A DNA stretch of 60,223 nucleotides, counting the filler. It is 7 parts of 7 records of this genome, joined end to end, with 100 filler letters (N's around TTAATTAATTAA, not from the genome) between each part and the next. Parts side by side here need not be neighbours in the genome. Positions count along the whole stretch, not along the records: positions 1 to 5,607 come from SRR2962707_3436; positions 5,708 to 14,360 come from SRR2962707_3437; 5 more parts are not named here. One strand, given 5' to 3'. The position numbers were made by a program, and so were the translations under genes. Under the pieces are notes generated by a model. The model was given only the letters and a program-made list of their open reading frames with translations, was not told the origin of the DNA and ran no database searches. Below are positions 1 to 9,625 of this stretch, in pieces; position 1 is the first letter of the stretch; each line of letters starts with the position of its first letter.

Positions 1-1
1 T

Positions 2-340
2 GTCGAAGCCGCCAAACTGCGCGGTGAAGGCCGGATGTGGATCATTTTCCGCGAAATTCTGCCCAATGCGCTCTCTCCATTACTTGCTGAATTTGGTCTT
101 CGTTTCGCCTTCTCGATCCTGTTCCTATCGACCCTGTCATTTCTGGGCCTTGGCATCCAACCACCTGCGGCGGACTGGGGCGGCATGGTCAAAGACAACA
201 AGGACGGTATCATTTTCGGCATTCAGGCCGCCCTTATTCCCGGTGGGGCAATTGCGGCACTGGCCGTCTGTGTGAATATGGTCGTCGACTGGTTGTTAAA
301 ACGTACGTCCAGCCTGAAAGGAGGACGCGGTGATGCCTGA
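2..340 (+). CDS. ABC transporter permease, DppC/OppC family (5' partial)
   Basis: Frame open from window start (VEAAKLRGEG, EAA motif), then hydrophobic C-terminus LSFLGLGIQPPAADWGGMV. Confidence 0.9.
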   Translation, partial: VEAAKLRGEGRMWIIFREILPNALSPLLAEFGLRFAFSILFLSTLSFLGLGIQPPAADWGGMVKDNKDGIIFGIQAALIPGGAIAALAVCVNMVVDWLLKRTSSLKGGRGDA

Positions 341-1964
341 TCTTTTATCGGTACGCGATTTGCGCATTGGCGCGACCATTTTTCCACCGGGCGAAGACCC
401 GCAGGATATCGACATCGTGCACGGTGTTTCCTTTGATCTGCAAAAGGGCAAAGTCCTTGGTCTGATCGGGGAATCTGGTGCGGGTAAGTCCACCATTGGT
501 CTGGCCGCCCTTGCCTATGGTCGCGGTGGTGTCCGCATCACTGGCGGGGAAGTTTTGCTTGATGGCAAAGACATCCTGTCAATGAACAAAAAAGGCATTC
601 GCAGCATCCGCGGCGCACGTGTTTGCTACGTTGCGCAATCGGCTGCGGCATCCTTTAACCCGGCACATAAGCTGGGTGATCAGGTGATTGAAAGTTCGAT
701 TGAACACGGGTTGATGACACGCGAAGAAGCACGCAAACGCGCTGATTACCTGTTTGAAATTCTTGGACTTCCTGATCCCCATAACTTTGGGGACCGGTAT
801 CCCCATCAGGTTTCTGGTGGTCAGCTGCAACGTGCCATGACGGCGATGGCGCTTTGTTCCAACCCGGAACTAATCGTCTTTGACGAACCGACAACAGCCC
901 TTGATGTCACAACCCAGATTGACGTTCTGGCTGCGATTAAAAATGCGATTGAAAAAACCGGAACAGCAGCACTTTACATCACGCATGATCTTGCCGTCGT
1001 CGCGCAGATTTCTGATGACATCATGGTCTTGCGCAATGGCGATACGGTTGAATACGGTCCGGTCAAACAGATCATTGAAAACCCGCGCCAGGACTATACC
1101 AAGGCGCTGGTTAATGTCCGTCAGACCAAACTCGCCGAAGCCCGCGATCAATCCGATGCGTTGCTAAAGGTTGAAAACATCTCGGCGGCGTATGGAAATG
1201 GCGTGCAGGTTCTCCACGATGTGTCACTGCATGTGCCACGTGGCCAAACCCTAGCCGTCGTCGGGGAATCTGGTTCTGGAAAATCGACACTGGCACGTGT
1301 CATCACCGGCCTTTTGCCTCCGTTTGAAGGAAAGGTCACCTTCGTCGACGAAGAACTTTCTGCCGAACAAAAGAAACGGTCACGTGATCATTTACGCCGT
1401 ATTCAGCTGATCTATCAAATGGCCGATACGGCAATGAACCCGCGCCAGACAGTGGGGCAGATTATCGGCCGTCCACTGCAATTCTATTTCGGCATGCGCG
1501 GTGCCGCACGCAAGGCAAAAGTCATCGAACTTCTTGATGAAATCGAGATGGGCGAAACGTTCTATGATCGTTATCCAGCGGAACTTTCCGGCGGCCAGAA
1601 ACAGCGTGTTGCAATTGCGCGCGCGCTGGCAGCCCAACCGGAATTGATCTTGTGTGATGAGCCAACCTCGGCCCTTGATCCACTGGTAGCCGAGGGGATT
1701 TTGGATCTTCTGATGCGTTTGCAAAAAGAACGCCAGGTTTCCTATCTGTTCATCACCCATGACATTGCGATTGTACGCGCGATTGCCGATTCCGTTGCCG
1801 TCATGCTGCAAGGCAAGCTGGTCGATTTCGGGCCACGGTCAGAAGTCCTGAACCCACCATTTGATGATTACACCGACCTCCTGTTGAAGTCGGTTCCGGA
1901 AATGAAGCTGGGTTGGCTGGAAAATGTCCTTGCCACACGTAAAATGGAAAGTGCTGGGCACTGA
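330..1964 (+). CDS. Dipeptide/oligopeptide-family ABC transporter ATP-binding protein with two fused NBDs
   Basis: Two Walker A motifs (GESGAGKS, GESGSGKS), two signatures (VSGGQ, LSGGQ) and two Walker B motifs (VFDEPT, LCDEPT). Confidence 0.95.
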   Translation: MMPDLLSVRDLRIGATIFPPGEDPQDIDIVHGVSFDLQKGKVLGLIGESGAGKSTIGLAALAYGRGGVRITGGEVLLDGKDILSMNKKGIRSIRGARVCYVAQSAAASFNPAHKLGDQVIESSIEHGLMTREEARKRADYLFEILGLPDPHNFGDRYPHQVSGGQLQRAMTAMALCSNPELIVFDEPTTALDVTTQIDVLAAIKNAIEKTGTAALYITHDLAVVAQISDDIMVLRNGDTVEYGPVKQIIENPRQDYTKALVNVRQTKLAEARDQSDALLKVENISAAYGNGVQVLHDVSLHVPRGQTLAVVGESGSGKSTLARVITGLLPPFEGKVTFVDEELSAEQKKRSRDHLRRIQLIYQMADTAMNPRQTVGQIIGRPLQFYFGMRGAARKAKVIELLDEIEMGETFYDRYPAELSGGQKQRVAIARALAAQPELILCDEPTSALDPLVAEGILDLLMRLQKERQVSYLFITHDIAIVRAIADSVAVMLQGKLVDFGPRSEVLNPPFDDYTDLLLKSVPEMKLGWLENVLATRKMESAGH

Positions 1965-1988
1965 TGAACCGGCCCAAACACTCATAAC

Positions 1989-2019
1989 AAGGCGGCCCAT
2001 GCCAACGGGCCGCCTTTTC
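1989..2019 (+). terminator. Hairpin / possible intrinsic terminator between the ABC ATPase and the CocE hydrolase
   Basis: AAGGCGGCCC-N8-GGGCCGCCTT followed by a short T run. Confidence 0.55.
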
Positions 2020-2069
2020 TAATAAGTCACCCTGAACGACAACATTTAAGCCCCAAAGGACGCCCCACA

Positions 2070-4076
2070 ATGTCCGAACGTAGTTTTACCGTTATTGAAA
2101 ACACCTTTGTCACCCTAAATGACGGCACCCGCCTTGCCGCGCGCATGTGGATGCCAGATGGTGCAGATAGCGATCCGGTTCCAGCCGTTTTTGAATTCCT
2201 GCCTTATCGCAAGGGCGATGGCACCTGTTCACGCGACGAGTCCACATATCCCGAATTCGCCAAGGCCGGGATCGCCGGTGTCAGGATTGATATCCGGGGA
2301 TCGGGTGAATCAGATGGCGTCATCGACGGCGAGTATACCGAACTTGAACTGGCCAATGCCTGCGTGCTGATTGCATGGATTGCGGATCAGCCATGGTGCA
2401 ATGGATCGGTTGGCATGATGGGTATTTCATGGGGCGGGTTTAACTGCCTACAGGTTGCCGCCCTTAATCCCCCGGCGCTTAAGGCCGTTATTTCAATTGC
2501 GTCGAGTGTTGATCGCTATAACGATGACATTCATTATAAAAACGGCTGCCAGTTGGCCGTGCAGCTTTCATGGGCGGCGACCATGCTGGCCTATCAATCA
2601 CGTACACCAGACCCGGCATTGGTCGGCGACGAGTGGCGGAAAATGTGGCTGCATCGCCTTGAAGAAGAACCCTTCTTTATGGAGGAATGGCTAGCCCATC
2701 AGACCCGTGATGAATTCTGGAAACATGCGTCAATCTGCGAAGATTTCGACGCGGTCAAAATCCCGTCCATGGTGTTAGCCGGATGGGCCGATGGCTATCG
2801 CAATACGCCGATGCGCGCCATTGAAGGCATGCCTGATCGCTCCAAAGCACTGATCGGTCCGTGGGTGCACAAATATCCGCATTTCGCATGGCCCAAGCCG
2901 CGCGCCGACTTTACCGGTGAAGCGATCAAGTGGTGGAACAAATGGCTGCGTGACGAGGATAATGGCGCAGATGCCCTACCGCAAATGCGCGCTTATATCC
3001 TTGAGGGCATAAAACCCGCCCCGCGTCGGGACTTTGATCCGGGGTTCTGGATTGCCAAAGACAGCTGGAGCACGCCTGAAACCCGTTCAATGTATGTTGA
3101 AAACGGCAAACTATCGTTTGAGGCCGGTGACGATAAAATGCCCGCTGCCGATGTCTATTTGAAATCACCGCTCGATACCGGGACGGCGTCAGGAGAATAT
3201 TTCACCCTGAAACCAGACGCGGAAATGGCCATTGACCAACGCGGCGATGATGCCGGATCGCTGGTGTTTGAAACCACCCCGCTTGACGTTGAGGTCGACC
3301 TTTTGGGGCGCCCAGTGCTGAACGTTGATCTTGAATGCGACGCAGATTGGTCAAACCTCTGCGCGCGTCTTGTTGATGTTCATCCTGACGGCACGGCAAC
3401 CCGGGTTTCGTTTGGCGTGTTAAACTTGGCGCATCGCGATCCAGCGGCGAATTACGACAATCCGCAACCGATGCCGCGCGATAAGAAAGTCACAATCACG
3501 CTGACACTCGATGCATGTGGGTATCGTTTCAAACCCGGCCATCGTATTCGTATGGCACTTTCGACATCCTACTGGCCGATGATTTTGCCGCCGCCCTTTG
3601 ATGCCGGGCTTACCATTGCACCGTCATCAATCAAATTTGATCTGCCGCTTTTGAGCGATCATGAAAAAATTACGGTTAAGCAACCCGACAACCCCGATCC
3701 GTTACCGACCTATATCGAACATAAGCCAAGCCGCACTGAACGCAGTGTGCAGCGCAACCTCACACAGAACGAAACACGATACCGCATCTATGAAGATACC
3801 GGTTTATTCGAACATCCAGATTCCCGTCTTGCCACCCGTTCAGTACGCAGCGAAACCTGGACCATCAATCCGCTTGATCCCAACAGCATGCGCGGCGAGG
3901 CGGCATGGACATGCGATTTGAAGCGTGATGAATGGTCGGTACGCACAGATTGCCATGCCGAACTCAGTTGTGATCGCGACAACTGGTTTGTCAGTGCATG
4001 GATGATCGCCTACGAGGATGATCAGCAAATATTTGAAAAGAAATGGGAAAAAACCATTCCCCGCAATTTCATGTAA
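2070..4076 (+). CDS. CocE/NonD family hydrolase (peptidase S15-like)
   Basis: DGTRLAAR, LPYRK, DIRGSGESDG, nucleophile elbow GISWGG, GWADGY, IGPWVH, C-terminal PepX-like jelly-roll. Confidence 0.93.
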   Translation: MSERSFTVIENTFVTLNDGTRLAARMWMPDGADSDPVPAVFEFLPYRKGDGTCSRDESTYPEFAKAGIAGVRIDIRGSGESDGVIDGEYTELELANACVLIAWIADQPWCNGSVGMMGISWGGFNCLQVAALNPPALKAVISIASSVDRYNDDIHYKNGCQLAVQLSWAATMLAYQSRTPDPALVGDEWRKMWLHRLEEEPFFMEEWLAHQTRDEFWKHASICEDFDAVKIPSMVLAGWADGYRNTPMRAIEGMPDRSKALIGPWVHKYPHFAWPKPRADFTGEAIKWWNKWLRDEDNGADALPQMRAYILEGIKPAPRRDFDPGFWIAKDSWSTPETRSMYVENGKLSFEAGDDKMPAADVYLKSPLDTGTASGEYFTLKPDAEMAIDQRGDDAGSLVFETTPLDVEVDLLGRPVLNVDLECDADWSNLCARLVDVHPDGTATRVSFGVLNLAHRDPAANYDNPQPMPRDKKVTITLTLDACGYRFKPGHRIRMALSTSYWPMILPPPFDAGLTIAPSSIKFDLPLLSDHEKITVKQPDNPDPLPTYIEHKPSRTERSVQRNLTQNETRYRIYEDTGLFEHPDSRLATRSVRSETWTINPLDPNSMRGEAAWTCDLKRDEWSVRTDCHAELSCDRDNWFVSAWMIAYEDDQQIFEKKWEKTIPRNFM

Positions 4077-4081
4077 ACACG

Positions 4082-4107
4082 AAAAGGGCCGGTTATCCGG
4101 CCCTTTT
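4082..4107. terminator. Bidirectional intrinsic terminator between convergent genes
   Basis: Perfect stem AAAAGGGCCGG-TTAT-CCGGCCCTTTT. Confidence 0.85.
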
Positions 4108-4152
4108 AAACGTTCCATCTAAATCTGTATTTGTCAGATCATCGTTTTTTTT

Positions 4153-5091
4153 TCAGCGCACCATTTGCGCAATTGCTGCGCACAAATGTGAAAACCCGGC
4201 TTTTGCCGCGTCACTCATGTGCCGCGCCCGCAGCCATCCGTGGATTAATTGCGGTTCTTCGCGATACTGCACATCAATCCCGGCACGGGCCAATTGGGCC
4301 GTGAATTCACGACCGTCATCACGCAACGGATCAAAATAGGCTGCCGTGATGTAGGTTGGCGGAAGCCCGCGTAAATCTTCAACCGACAACGCATGGGCAA
4401 ATGGATCATCCATTGGGGCCTTAAGCACATCTCGGTAATAAATCACGTCATCCGTACTTAATCCCGGCGCGTTGGCCATCTGGCCATAACTTGGCCAGTT
4501 CAAATCCCCGCCAAGGGCTGGATAAATCAATGCTTGCCCCAAAATCCGGTCGCCAAAGCCTTCTTCACGCGCGCGCACCGCAAGACCCGCGGCCAACATG
4601 CCACCGGCACTGTCCCCGACCAAAACAAGCTTCCGCCCCGCCGACAGAAGGCTTTGCGCCACACGGTAACAATCATCGTGCTGGGCGGGCCACACATGCT
4701 CCGGTGCAAGGCGATAGTCTATGGCGATTAACTCAGCACTGGCAGCTTGCGCAATTTCAGCACAGATCGAATCATGGCTATCCCGCGATCCCACAACAAA
4801 CCCGCCGCCATGCATATAAACAATCTTGTGGCTCGTGGTTACCATTGCCGGGCGATAATGGCGCACGGGCACATCACCGATCACATCATCTTCGACCCCC
4901 ATCCCGTCGGGATGGGGAAAGGTAAATTCTGCACAGAGTGCGTCGTACCATTTGCGCTGCTGGTCAATGCCCGCCGCGACCGCGTCTGGCGGAAAGAAAC
5001 CATCGCATTTGGCAATAAAGGACCGAATACCTTCTTCATCCGGCATTGGGTCATACACAAGATCGGAAGAAACCTGATCGGAACGCGACAT
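4153..5091 (-). CDS. HSL-family alpha/beta hydrolase (HocS/acylcarnitine-esterase-like)
   Basis: HGGGF oxyanion motif, GDSAGG nucleophile, DPLRDDG and HGW; start moved to ATG 5091, which has an upstream GAGGT RBS. Confidence 0.9.
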   Translation of the reverse strand: MSRSDQVSSDLVYDPMPDEEGIRSFIAKCDGFFPPDAVAAGIDQQRKWYDALCAEFTFPHPDGMGVEDDVIGDVPVRHYRPAMVTTSHKIVYMHGGGFVVGSRDSHDSICAEIAQAASAELIAIDYRLAPEHVWPAQHDDCYRVAQSLLSAGRKLVLVGDSAGGMLAAGLAVRAREEGFGDRILGQALIYPALGGDLNWPSYGQMANAPGLSTDDVIYYRDVLKAPMDDPFAHALSVEDLRGLPPTYITAAYFDPLRDDGREFTAQLARAGIDVQYREEPQLIHGWLRARHMSDAAKAGFSHLCAAIAQMVR

Positions 5092-5204
5092 CACCGGGAC
5101 CTCATTGGAGAAAACGTGCAATAGCGTAACGCGGATACCCCCGCAGTTAAAGACTGCAGGGGCTATCACGACATTATTGTTGCCCGTCTTAAACCGTTTT
5201 GAAC

Positions 5205-5607
5205 TTACCCAATGGCACGACCAAGCTGTTCAGGCTTGGCCAAACCATCGTGCTGGACCGCGATTTCAGCCAGATTTGTCGCGACAATCCCACCCGGCTC
5301 AGACGTCCGACGCGTTTTAAGATCAACATGCAGCAACATGGTCTCAACCGTTGCAGCAATCTGTCCATCTACCGTCATCAGGCGATGGAACAGATGTAAT
5401 TTTTTGCCCAGCCCCTTAATCAATTGCGTCGTCACAGAGATACGATCCCCAGCAGTGATTTCCTGCACATAGCAAACATGGTTTTCAACCGTGAAATAGC
5501 TGCTTCCCGAGGCTATATACTCGTCATCTGCACCAATGAGCTCCATGAAACGATCGCTTGCCTGTGCACTGATTTCAACATAATGGGCTTCGTTCATATG
5601 CCCGTTA
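5205..5607 (-). CDS. 4HBT/hotdog thioesterase domain (CdhB / betainyl-CoA thioesterase-like), 5' partial; may be the C-terminal domain of a fused carnitine 3-dehydrogenase
   Basis: Frame runs to contig edge as NGHMNEAHY; FTVENHVCY and E.MLLHVD motifs. Confidence 0.75.
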
Positions 5608-5707
5608 NNNNNNNNNNNNNNNNNNNNNNNNNNNNNNNNNNNNNNNNNNNNTTAATTAATTAANNNNNNNNNNNNNNNNNNNNNNNNNNNNNNNNNNNNN
5701 NNNNNNN
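5608..5707. other. Artificial contig linker
   Basis: 44 N + TTAATTAATTAA (stops in all six frames) + 44 N. Confidence 0.99.
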
Positions 5708-5779
5708 CGTCTGGCGGCTTTTCCAGCGGCAACGCGGCGGCGTAGAGATCATAAACAGGCTCTCACATTGGAGGTACCG

Positions 5780-6385
5780 ATGAGCGAACGTCGCGCCACT
5801 GTCGAGCGCAACACACTGGAAACCCAGATCCGGGTCGCCGTGAATCTGGATGGCACCGGCACCTGTAAGCTGGACACCGGCCTGCCGTTTCTGGAGCACA
5901 TGCTGGATCAGGTGGCACGCCACGGTCTGATCGACCTGGACATCGTCGCCAACGGGGATTTGCATATCGATGCCCACCACACCGTGGAGGATATCGGTAT
6001 TACCCTGGGGCAGGCGCTGTCCCGGGCCTGGGGCGACAAAAAAGGCATTCGCCGTTATGGCCACGCCTATGTGCCCCTGGATGAAGCCCTGTCCCGGGTG
6101 GTGATCGATCTGTCCGGCCGTCCCGGCCTGGAAATGCATGTGCCGTTCACCCGCGGCATGATCGGCGGCTTCGACGTGGATCTGTTCCACGAGTTCTTCC
6201 AGGGGCTGGTGAACCACGCCATGATCACCGTGCACGTGGACAACCTGCGCGGCAAGAACGCTCACCACCAGGCGGAAACCGTGTTCAAGGCCTTTGGCCG
6301 CGCGCTGCGTGTGGCGGTGGAGAGGGATCCGCGCATGGGTGACATCACTCCCAGCACCAAGGGCACCTTGACGGAAACCGAATGA
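5780..6385 (+). CDS. hisB: Imidazoleglycerol-phosphate dehydratase
   Basis: [16 protein letters not shown] and NAHHQAE motifs; GGAGG RBS before ATG 5780. Confidence 0.98.
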   Translation: MSERRATVERNTLETQIRVAVNLDGTGTCKLDTGLPFLEHMLDQVARHGLIDLDIVANGDLHIDAHHTVEDIGITLGQALSRAWGDKKGIRRYGHAYVPLDEALSRVVIDLSGRPGLEMHVPFTRGMIGGFDVDLFHEFFQGLVNHAMITVHVDNLRGKNAHHQAETVFKAFGRALRVAVERDPRMGDITPSTKGTLTETE

Positions 6386-6396
6386 GGAACCCAGGT

Positions 6397-7038
6397 ATGA
6401 GTGAAACCGTCGCCGTGGTCGATTACGGCATGGGAAATCTGCACTCCGCCGGCAAGGCGCTGGAGAAAGTGGCTTCCGGTCAGCGCATCGTGATTACCGG
6501 TGACCCGGACCAGGTTCGCCATGCGGACCGGGTGGTGTTTCCCGGTGTCGGTGCCATTCGTGACTGTATCCGGGTGATCACCGAGACCGGGCTGGACCGG
6601 GCCATTCTCGATGTGATTGACGCGCGCAAACCGCTGCTCGGTGTTTGTGTGGGCATGCAGGCGCTGCTGGATCACAGTGAGGAAAACGACGGCGTCGACT
6701 GCCTGGGTGTCTTCAACGGCCGGGTGGCCCATTTTGGTGAGCAGTACGGGGAAACCGGAAACCGCCTGAAAGTGCCGCACATGGGTTGGAACGAGGTGCG
6801 CCAGATGCACCCGCACCCGATGTGGGCCGGCATTGCCGACAACAGCCGTTTTTATTTCGTGCACAGCTACTGTGCCGTGGACGTGCCGGAAGAGAATATC
6901 TCCGGCATGTGTCACTACGGCCGCGATTTCGCCGCCGCGGTGATCAAGAAAAATGTCTTCGCGGTGCAGTTCCACCCGGAAAAAAGCGCCGACGCTGGCC
7001 TGCAACTGTTGGAAAATTTCCTGCGCTGGCAGCCCTGA
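6397..7038 (+). CDS. hisH: Imidazole glycerol phosphate synthase glutaminase subunit
   Basis: DYGMGNL, PGVG, GVCVGMQ, VPHMGWN, QFHPEKS. Confidence 0.98.
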   Translation: MSETVAVVDYGMGNLHSAGKALEKVASGQRIVITGDPDQVRHADRVVFPGVGAIRDCIRVITETGLDRAILDVIDARKPLLGVCVGMQALLDHSEENDGVDCLGVFNGRVAHFGEQYGETGNRLKVPHMGWNEVRQMHPHPMWAGIADNSRFYFVHSYCAVDVPEENISGMCHYGRDFAAAVIKKNVFAVQFHPEKSADAGLQLLENFLRWQP

Positions 7039-7092
7039 GGTCGTCGTCCGGCCGAACAAACCGCCGATACACGTTGATAGAAAGAGACTTTG

Positions 7093-7833
7093 ATGCAACT
7101 GATTCCCGCCATCGACCTGAAAGACGGTAAGTGCGTACGCCTGAAGCAAGGGCGCATGGAAGACGACACCGTCTTCTCCGAAGACCCGGTGGCCGTCGCC
7201 ACTCACTGGGTGGAACGGGGCGCCCGCCGCCTGCACCTGGTGGACCTGAACGGGGCCTTTGCTGGCGAGCCGGTGAATGGCGAGATCGTCAAGGCCATCG
7301 CCAAGGCCCACCCGGACCTGCCGATCCAGATTGGCGGTGGCATCCGTACCCCGGAAATCATCCAGGCCTACCTGGACGCCGGGGTGCAGTGGGTGATCAT
7401 CGGCACCAAGGCCGTCAATGAGCCGGCCTTCGTCAAGGAAATGTGTCAGCGTTTTCCCGGCCATATCATCGTCGGCCTGGACGCCAAGGACGGCAAGGTG
7501 GCCACCGACGGCTGGGCCAACGTCACCGATGTGGATGTGATCGACCTGGCCCGGCAATTCGAGAACGACGGTGTCTCCGCCATCATTTACACCGACATCA
7601 GCCGTGATGGCATGCTGCAGGGTGTGAATGTGGAAGCGACCGTGCGGCTGGCCCGGTCCATGAGCATCCCGGTGATCGCCTCCGGTGGCATCACCAATCT
7701 GGACGACGTGCGCAACCTGTGCGCGGTGGCGGACCAGGGCATCAGCGGCGCCATCACCGGCCGTGCCATTTACGAGAACACCCTGGACTTCGCCGAAGGC
7801 CAGGCGCTGTCCGACCAGCTCACCGGCGCCTGA
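7093..7833 (+). CDS. hisA: ProFAR isomerase
   Basis: [32 protein letters not shown]. Confidence 0.98.
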   Translation: MQLIPAIDLKDGKCVRLKQGRMEDDTVFSEDPVAVATHWVERGARRLHLVDLNGAFAGEPVNGEIVKAIAKAHPDLPIQIGGGIRTPEIIQAYLDAGVQWVIIGTKAVNEPAFVKEMCQRFPGHIIVGLDAKDGKVATDGWANVTDVDVIDLARQFENDGVSAIIYTDISRDGMLQGVNVEATVRLARSMSIPVIASGGITNLDDVRNLCAVADQGISGAITGRAIYENTLDFAEGQALSDQLTGA

Positions 7834-7847
7834 GCGCGGAGACAACC

Positions 7848-8621
7848 ATGAGCCTTGCCAAACGTATCATCCCCTGCCTGGACGTGGACGCCGGCCGCGT
7901 GGTCAAGGGGGTCCAGTTCGTCGATATCCGCGACGCCGGTGACCCGGTGGAAGTGGCGCGCCGTTATAATGAAGCCGGGGCGGACGAGATTACCTTCCTG
8001 GACATTACCGCCAGCCACGAAGGGCGGGACACCACCCTGGAAACCGTGGAGCGCATGGCCAGTCAGGTGTTCATCCCGCTCACCGTGGGCGGTGGCGTGC
8101 GCACCCTGGAAGATATTCGTAATCTGCTCAATGCCGGCGCCGACAAGGTCAGTATCAACTCGGCGGCGGTGAAGAATCCGGAATTTGTCCATGAGGCCGC
8201 GCAGCGGTTCGGCTCCCAGTGCATCGTGGTGGCCATCGATGCCAAGAAAGTCAGCGGCGAAAGCGAGAACAATCGCTGGGAGATTTTCACCCACGGCGGC
8301 CGCAAGCCCACCGGTATCGATGCGGTGGAATGGGCTCGGCGCATGACCGATTACGGCGCCGGTGAAATCCTGCTGACCAGCATGGATCGTGACGGTACCA
8401 AAAACGGTTTTGATATCGCCCTGACCCGGGCCATCGCCGATGCGGTGCCGGTGCCGGTGATTGCCTCCGGTGGCGTCGGCAATTTGCAACACCTGGTGGA
8501 CGGCGTGATCCAGGGCGGCGCCGATGCGGTGCTGGCGGCGTCGATCTTCCACTTCGGCGAATACAGCATTGCCGAAGCCAAGCAATACATGCAGCAGGCC
8601 GGCATTGAGATGCGCCTGTGA
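7848..8621 (+). CDS. hisF: Imidazole glycerol phosphate synthase cyclase subunit
   Basis: [35 protein letters not shown] before ATG 7848. Confidence 0.98.
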   Translation: MSLAKRIIPCLDVDAGRVVKGVQFVDIRDAGDPVEVARRYNEAGADEITFLDITASHEGRDTTLETVERMASQVFIPLTVGGGVRTLEDIRNLLNAGADKVSINSAAVKNPEFVHEAAQRFGSQCIVVAIDAKKVSGESENNRWEIFTHGGRKPTGIDAVEWARRMTDYGAGEILLTSMDRDGTKNGFDIALTRAIADAVPVPVIASGGVGNLQHLVDGVIQGGADAVLAASIFHFGEYSIAEAKQYMQQAGIEMRL

Positions 8622-9079
8622 GTGAAGCGGCGCCGTGTATCTGGGTGGACGCGGACGCCTGTCCTGGCGCCATCAAGGAAGTGTTGTTCCGAGCCGCCCA
8701 GCGTCGTCATCTGCACACCCGGCTGGTGGCGAACCACACCATGCGCGTGCCCCGCTCCCCGTTTATCCGTTTGATCCAGGTTCCCTCCGGCTTTGATGCC
8801 GCCGACGATTACATCGCCGAACAAGTCAGCCCTGGTGATCTGGTGATCACCGCGGACGTGCCACTGGCGGACCGGATCGTGGCGGCGGGCGCCACTGGTC
8901 TCAATCCGCGTGGCACCCTTTACACCAGGGAGACGGTGCGCGAGCATCTCAACCGCCGGGACTTCATGGAAGAGATGCGCTCCGCCGGTCTTGCCAGCGG
9001 CGGCCCCTCGGCACTGGACAAGCGCCAGGTCCAGGCCTTCGCCAACGCCCTCGACCGGTTCCTCGCCACGGCGCGATAA
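8618..9079 (+). CDS. yaiI: YaiI/YqxD (UPF0178) family protein
   Basis: [35 protein letters not shown]. Confidence 0.92.
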   Translation: MSEAAPCIWVDADACPGAIKEVLFRAAQRRHLHTRLVANHTMRVPRSPFIRLIQVPSGFDAADDYIAEQVSPGDLVITADVPLADRIVAAGATGLNPRGTLYTRETVREHLNRRDFMEEMRSAGLASGGPSALDKRQVQAFANALDRFLATAR

Positions 9080-9086
9080 GGCTGCC

Positions 9087-9140
9087 GTAGGAGCCTGTTT
9101 GCAGGCGAATGGGCCTTCAGGCCCCCAGAATCGCTTGTAG
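9087..9140 (+). repeat. GTAG-family REP element with a small hairpin and a degenerate inverted partner
   Basis: GTAGGAGCCTGTTTGCAGGCGAAT, then GGGCCTTCAGGCCC, then AATCGCTTGTAG. Confidence 0.65.
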
Positions 9141-9177
9141 CGGGCCCGCCGCCCGAACAGACTGAGAGCCCGTTCCC

Positions 9178-9591
9178 ATGCTGAAAATCTCCAACAACGT
9201 GACCATCCCCGAAGCGGAGATCGAATGGCATGCCATCCGTGCCCAGGGCGCGGGCGGCCAGAACGTCAATAAAGTGTCTTCCGCTATCCATTTGCGCTTT
9301 GACGTGCGGGCATCGACCTTGCCCGAGTTCTACAAGGAGCGGCTGCTGGCCTTGGCGGACCAGCGCATCACCGCCGACGGTGTCATCGTGATCAAGGCAC
9401 AGCGATACCGGACCCAGGAAAAGAATCTGGACGATGCCTTGCAGAGATTGCGTGCGCTGATTCTCGACGCCACCGTGGTGCATAAGAAACGCAAGCCCAC
9501 CCGTCCGTCGAAATCGGCGCGCAACAAACGCATGGACAAGAAAACGCGGCACGGCCAGACCAAGGCGCTGCGCGGCAAGGTGCGCCCCTGA
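9178..9591 (+). CDS. arfB: Alternative ribosome rescue peptidyl-tRNA hydrolase ArfB (YaeJ)
   Basis: GAGGQNVNKV (GGQ motif) and basic tail RKPTRPS...KALRG. Confidence 0.95.
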   Translation: MLKISNNVTIPEAEIEWHAIRAQGAGGQNVNKVSSAIHLRFDVRASTLPEFYKERLLALADQRITADGVIVIKAQRYRTQEKNLDDALQRLRALILDATVVHKKRKPTRPSKSARNKRMDKKTRHGQTKALRGKVRP

Positions 9592-9625
9592 TTCCCCGAT
9601 CCCCACTGTTCCGATTCAAGGAAGG

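Noticed and set aside
6262..8585. Long antisense ORFs (527 aa, 271 aa) over hisH/hisA/hisF
   Set aside because: Shadow frames expected from high-GC codon bias; no recognisable motifs
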